Positions 60,708 through 64,000 of a DNA stretch of 64,000 nt are shown here, piece by piece (the stretch's first letter is position 1; each line of letters opens with the position of its first letter). Made by a program: the position numbers and the translations under genes. Origin of the DNA: an uncultured Desulfovibrionaceae bacterium (lineage in GTDB: Bacteria > Desulfobacterota > Desulfovibrionia > Desulfovibrionales > Desulfovibrionaceae). The notes under the pieces are model-generated. The model saw nothing but the letters and a program-made list of their open reading frames with translations. It did no database searches and had not been told where the DNA came from. The stretch is from the NCBI GenBank assembly GCA_964372035.1, contig CAYJPK010000002.1, positions 3,771 through 67,770 of the forward strand. The letters run 5' to 3'.

Positions 60708-61589
60708 ATGAAAAAATTATCTGTTTTAGCCGCTGTGCTGTTACTAAGTGCTTGCGTGCAAAATAATCAAACTCAAACCCTTCAAAATCGTGTTGCTCAA
60801 CAAGATCAACAAATACAACAATTAAATGCTCAACTTTCAGGTGTTCAACCTGCTCAAGCCGACACTTGGGCGCAAGTTCAAACCATGCGACAAGAAATGG
60901 CAACCATGAAAGGGCAAATTGATAACTTTAATAATGCAACGGCATCAGTTGGTGGCTTAAACGCTTTAGCAGATAAAATTGCAAGACAAGATGCTGCGCT
61001 TCGCTTAATTGAAACACAATTTGGCTTAAAGTTAAACCTTGGTGAGCCAATTACAGCTATTCCTGCTACAGGCCTGGCAACTGGCATGACAACAGGAATT
61101 AATGGTAGTGGCTATGCAAATACTAACCCGTATAATAATGCACCACAAGCCGTAGCACCGCAAGCAGCTCAACAAGTGCAACCAGTACAACAACCAGCTC
61201 CAGCTGCAAGCACTGATGTTGCTCAAGTTTTGTACGATTCAGGGTATAGGTACTTTACAGGTCGCCAGTACAATGAAGCATTAAATGCTTTTACTGACTT
61301 CACAAAAACTTATTCAAAACATACTTTAGCTGGTAATGCGTGGTTCTGGAAAGCGGAGTCAAATTATCAATTAAAAAATTATTCAAACGCAGCTTTAGAT
61401 TATGATGTGGTTATTAATAAATATCCAAAAAATAGCAAAGTACCGAGTGCATATTTAAAGCAAGCAATGTGTTTTATTGAGGCTAAGAAAAAGGATGTTG
61501 CTAGATACCGCTTAGATGATTTAATTAAAAAATTCCCTAAATCAGCGGAAGCAACAAGAGCAAAACAATTATTAAAAGAAATAAAGTAG
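60708..61589 (+). CDS. cpoB: Tol-Pal-associated TPR protein CpoB/YbgF-like, with a lipobox
   Basis: The signal peptide carries LLSAC. An N-terminal Q-rich coiled coil and a PQA-rich linker follow. The C-terminal TPR region (YDSGYRYFTGRQYNEALNAF...AWFWKAESNYQLKNY...AYLKQAMCF) is typical of YbgF. Confidence 0.75.
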   Translation: MKKLSVLAAVLLLSACVQNNQTQTLQNRVAQQDQQIQQLNAQLSGVQPAQADTWAQVQTMRQEMATMKGQIDNFNNATASVGGLNALADKIARQDAALRLIETQFGLKLNLGEPITAIPATGLATGMTTGINGSGYANTNPYNNAPQAVAPQAAQQVQPVQQPAPAASTDVAQVLYDSGYRYFTGRQYNEALNAFTDFTKTYSKHTLAGNAWFWKAESNYQLKNYSNAALDYDVVINKYPKNSKVPSAYLKQAMCFIEAKKKDVARYRLDDLIKKFPKSAEATRAKQLLKEIK

Positions 61590-61595
61590 AAAACT

Positions 61596-62042
61596 ATGAC
61601 AAAAAATGAAGGCTACAAACGTAATATCTTGCTAAATTTTCCACCAGAATTATCTGGTAAACCTGCTGTATGTAATTTAGTAAGATTATTTGACTTGGAC
61701 TTTGCAATTTTGCAAGCAAGAATTACTCCTCGTCATGAGGGCGAAATGACTTTACAATTAATTGGTTCACCATCAGCTTGTGACCAAGGAATTAAATATT
61801 TAAAAGAGCGTGGAATTTCTGTTTCATCTCTTGGGCAACGTGTTTGGCATGATCAAGATACTTGTATGCATTGTGGCACATGTACTGCGCTTTGTCCTGT
61901 CGATGCGATAAAGATAGATACTGAATCAAGACTTTTAGTTTTTAATAGTGAAAAATGTACTGCTTGCTCACTTTGCTTTAAAATTTGTCCTGTTAAGGCA
62001 ATGCAAATTGAGCCATCTTTAGAAGTTAAACTCCAAGATTAA
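61596..62042 (+). CDS. NIL-domain / 2x[4Fe-4S] ferredoxin-domain protein
   Basis: 148 aa. The N-terminal part is NIL-like (ILQARITPRHEGEMTLQLIG). Two motifs, CMHCGTCTALCP and CTACSLCFKICP, follow. Confidence 0.75.
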   Translation: MTKNEGYKRNILLNFPPELSGKPAVCNLVRLFDLDFAILQARITPRHEGEMTLQLIGSPSACDQGIKYLKERGISVSSLGQRVWHDQDTCMHCGTCTALCPVDAIKIDTESRLLVFNSEKCTACSLCFKICPVKAMQIEPSLEVKLQD

Positions 62043-62053
62043 AGGAGAGAAAA

Positions 62054-62821
62054 ATGTCTAGTTTACAAGAAGATTTATTACGCCAAACAATGGAGCAAGT
62101 TACTAAAACGCTAACAAAAGACTTGCAAGACTTTTTAAAAGATTCCATTGAAAAACATGTTGATAAAAGCATAGACAAGGTTTTTACAAAAACTGAATTT
62201 TATCGTCGTGTGAGCGAAGATATGCGTAATGGGCTTAAAGGTATTTACAAAAAAATTAATACCATGTCAGGTAAAGATGAAGAAGCCCCTACCATGGATA
62301 GAAGTAGCGCTCAAAAGTTATTCCATGAAGCTTCAGAACAATTAAACACTGTTTTAAAGCAAACTGAGCAAGCAACAGAAGAAATTATTACTATTGTTGA
62401 GAAACATCTTGATAAACATTTTTCTGTAGTAAACACCTTAAAAGAACTTTTAGACGAAACAGACATTGAAAATAACGTAAGAGTTGAGTGGTTGCAAAAG
62501 TATCAAGAGTCGCTTAATGAAGACTTAAACGGACTTATGCTTTCGCTTAGCTTTCAAGACTTAACAGGTCAAAGAATTAAAAAAGCTGTAAAAGCTTTAG
62601 AGGAAATTGAATCAACTGTTGTTGAGCTTTACTTATCCTCTGGTCTTTTAATTCAGGCTTATGAAGAAGATCCTGGTAAAGATATAGAAAAATTAGAAAG
62701 TGAAGCAAAACTAACTGTTGAAAGCTTAAAGAAAGAAGTTGTTAATTCTAAATTAAGCGGTCCTGGTGATGGCGTTTCACAAAAAAATATTGACGAGCTT
62801 ATGTCTGAACTTGGTATGTAA
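62054..62821 (+). CDS. cheZ: CheY-P phosphatase CheZ-like
   Basis: LSLSFQDLTGQRIKKAVKALEEIE matches the CheZ active-site motif (E. coli DFQDLTGQVIKR). The C-terminal GVSQKNIDELMSELGM resembles the CheY-binding peptide (E. coli SQDQVDDLLDSLGF). Confidence 0.8.
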   Translation: MSSLQEDLLRQTMEQVTKTLTKDLQDFLKDSIEKHVDKSIDKVFTKTEFYRRVSEDMRNGLKGIYKKINTMSGKDEEAPTMDRSSAQKLFHEASEQLNTVLKQTEQATEEIITIVEKHLDKHFSVVNTLKELLDETDIENNVRVEWLQKYQESLNEDLNGLMLSLSFQDLTGQRIKKAVKALEEIESTVVELYLSSGLLIQAYEEDPGKDIEKLESEAKLTVESLKKEVVNSKLSGPGDGVSQKNIDELMSELGM

Positions 62822-62829
62822 AATTTAAA

Positions 62830-62862
62830 TTAGGCTAAGATTTAATTCTTAGCCTAATTTTT
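62830..62862 (+). terminator. rho-independent terminator after cheZ
   Basis: TTAGGCTAAGA-loop-TCTTAGCCTAA followed by TTTTTAT. Confidence 0.8.
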
Positions 62863-62973
62863 ATCATTTACACTGCATCAATGCTACTTTATAATTGTTT
62901 AAGTTGATGTCAGCTTAAATTGCTATATTATCAATTTTAATATTCAAAAAACTTTAAATCTTTGAGTTAGCTT

Positions 62974-64000
62974 GTGAATTATCAAAAAACATTAGAACAT
63001 CTAAAAAGCAAAAATAAGAATATTATTGAAATTGGGCGTAGTGGGCTAGCTACTGCTGCTCACTTAGCTGTTGATATTGTAAATGAAAACAAGCCTATTG
63101 TTATTATTGCCAAAAATAGAGATGAAATAAGTACCTTGCGCTCATTGATAAATCTATTTACACCTGAAATATCTAGCGGTGGTGAAAAATTACATATTCC
63201 TCGCCATGAACGCACTTGGACTATTTTACAATCATTTTCACCACAAATGATAACTCGTGATGCTTGGGCTAATCGTCTAGCATCATTATATGCTCTAAGG
63301 CATGGGCTTTCACGTGCTGTGCTTTTAAGTGCTGATAATTTTATCATGCGCCATATTCCACTTGATTTTTTCACTAATCAAGAAATTACTCTTAAAAAAA
63401 ATGAAGAACTTTCACCTGACACACTTATTGAGCAATGTATATCCTGGGGCTATAAACGTGTTAGTATGGTTAGTGCTTATGGTGAATTAGCTAGAAGAGG
63501 TGATATTTTAGATATTTTCCCGCCTGGCTATGAAAAAGCTGTACGCATTGAATTTTTTGGTGATTTTATTGAAGAAATAAGATTATTTGATCCAAATACA
63601 CAGCGTTCTATAAATGATTTAGATGAAGCAACTATTTTAACAGTTAATCCTGTACGCCAAGATAAAATAAGTCAAAAAAAAATAATTCAACATATTGAAA
63701 CCTTATTCCAACAAGGCAGAATTTCAGAGTTTGAACAAAATATTCTTATGCGTGAACTTAGCAAAGCAGATAATAGGCTTTTACCTGCTTTATGCTATGA
63801 GAATTCAACAACAATTGAAGAATGGTTGCCAAAGGACGCATCGTTTATCATGCTTGGTAAAAATGATACACTTGATGCAATGCAAAGGTCACACAGAATT
63901 TGGAATGAACATTTAAATGAAGATGAGGAACTTGGGCAAGCCTTAAAAATATCTTTACGCAATCTAGAAGAAATTAAGTATCACAAAGAGCATTGTGGTA
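62974..64000 (+). CDS. mfd: transcription-repair coupling factor Mfd (N-terminal part; continues beyond the window end)
   Basis: The frame is open from the GTG at 62974 to the window end. ...YGELARRGDILDIFPPGYEKAVRIEFFGDFIEEIRLFDPNTQRS is the UvrB-homology module of Mfd. It is absent from the ORF track because no stop codon is reached. Confidence 0.88.
   Translation, partial: MNYQKTLEHLKSKNKNIIEIGRSGLATAAHLAVDIVNENKPIVIIAKNRDEISTLRSLINLFTPEISSGGEKLHIPRHERTWTILQSFSPQMITRDAWANRLASLYALRHGLSRAVLLSADNFIMRHIPLDFFTNQEITLKKNEELSPDTLIEQCISWGYKRVSMVSAYGELARRGDILDIFPPGYEKAVRIEFFGDFIEEIRLFDPNTQRSINDLDEATILTVNPVRQDKISQKKIIQHIETLFQQGRISEFEQNILMRELSKADNRLLPALCYENSTTIEEWLPKDASFIMLGKNDTLDAMQRSHRIWNEHLNEDEELGQALKISLRNLEEIKYHKEHCG

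Noticed and set aside
63060-63374. 104-aa minus-strand ORF, and the 63695-63916 plus-strand ORF.
   Set aside because: Both lie inside the open mfd reading frame (62974 to the window end), which has the diagnostic Mfd/UvrB-homology motif. They are in other frames or on the other strand.
22814-64000. Searched the intergenic regions by eye for sigma-54 promoters (TGGCAC-N5-TTGC), given the EBP at 23095. Near-hits were at 24558 (TGGTTTT...), 41690 (TGGTATACATATTTA) and 16715 on the minus strand (TGGCATTGAATCTTT).
   Set aside because: None has both the GG and GC elements at the correct spacing. I do not call any sigma-54 promoter in this window.
1-64000. Looked for CRISPR repeats, IS or transposase genes, integrases, phage genes, toxin-antitoxin pairs, restriction-modification or other defence genes, and tRNA or rRNA genes.
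   Set aside because: I found none. Every ORF longer than about 150 aa has a plausible housekeeping, transport or regulatory assignment, and no regularly spaced direct repeats were seen.

Overview
This is an AT-rich bacterial chromosomal segment (by eye about one-third G+C, not computed), and almost all of it is core housekeeping. I found no CRISPR array, transposase, integrase, prophage gene, recognisable defence gene, tRNA or rRNA, and no convincing new protein-coding system.

Gene layout:
- 1-10.8 kb, minus strand: the complete S10-spc ribosomal-protein cluster, rpsJ through rplO, followed by secY and map.
- 11.3-22.8 kb, minus strand: a YfcH-like SDR, an amidohydrolase-TRAP transporter operon, and a mixed PSP1-metG-tlpA-GNAT-hpt-DUF3426 operon.
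- 23.1-29.5 kb, plus strand: a sigma-54 enhancer-binding protein with a degenerate receiver domain, then aconitase, ppiD and gpsA.
- 29.8-34.5 kb, minus strand: purQ, then nif3, a COG1579 zinc-ribbon gene, RNase P RNA, gatC and gatA.
- 34.7-41.0 kb, plus strand: pyrG-kdsC-lptCAB-surE-mtaB.
- 41.8-44.8 kb, plus strand: a second TRAP system.
- 44.9-64.0 kb: typA on the minus strand, then on the plus strand pyk, an HD-GYP gene, metF, a permease, a polyprenyl synthase, purSL, a GT4 glycosyltransferase, ileS-lspA, a small PLDc_N protein, cpoB, a NIL-ferredoxin, cheZ, and the start of mfd.

The one clear RNA gene is type-A RNase P RNA, packed tightly inside a protein-coding operon.

The unexplained signal is non-coding:
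- A GC-enriched, hairpin-dense stretch of about 0.3 kb lies between a near-consensus promoter and rpsJ.
- An orphan intergenic region of about 0.8 kb upstream of the second TRAP operon holds several strong hairpins and a 9-bp inverted-repeat pair bounding about 114 nt.
- A terminator module of about 50 nt occurs twice, in each case in the same sense as the gene it follows.
- There are also phased A-tracts and perfect palindromes.

The gene content (Lpt, Tol-Pal CpoB, sigma-54 EBP, CheZ, GatCA, TRAP systems, Zn-ribbon L24) fits a motile Gram-negative. I suspect an AT-rich Desulfovibrionales-like (Lawsonia-like) lineage, but that rests on memory and is unverified.
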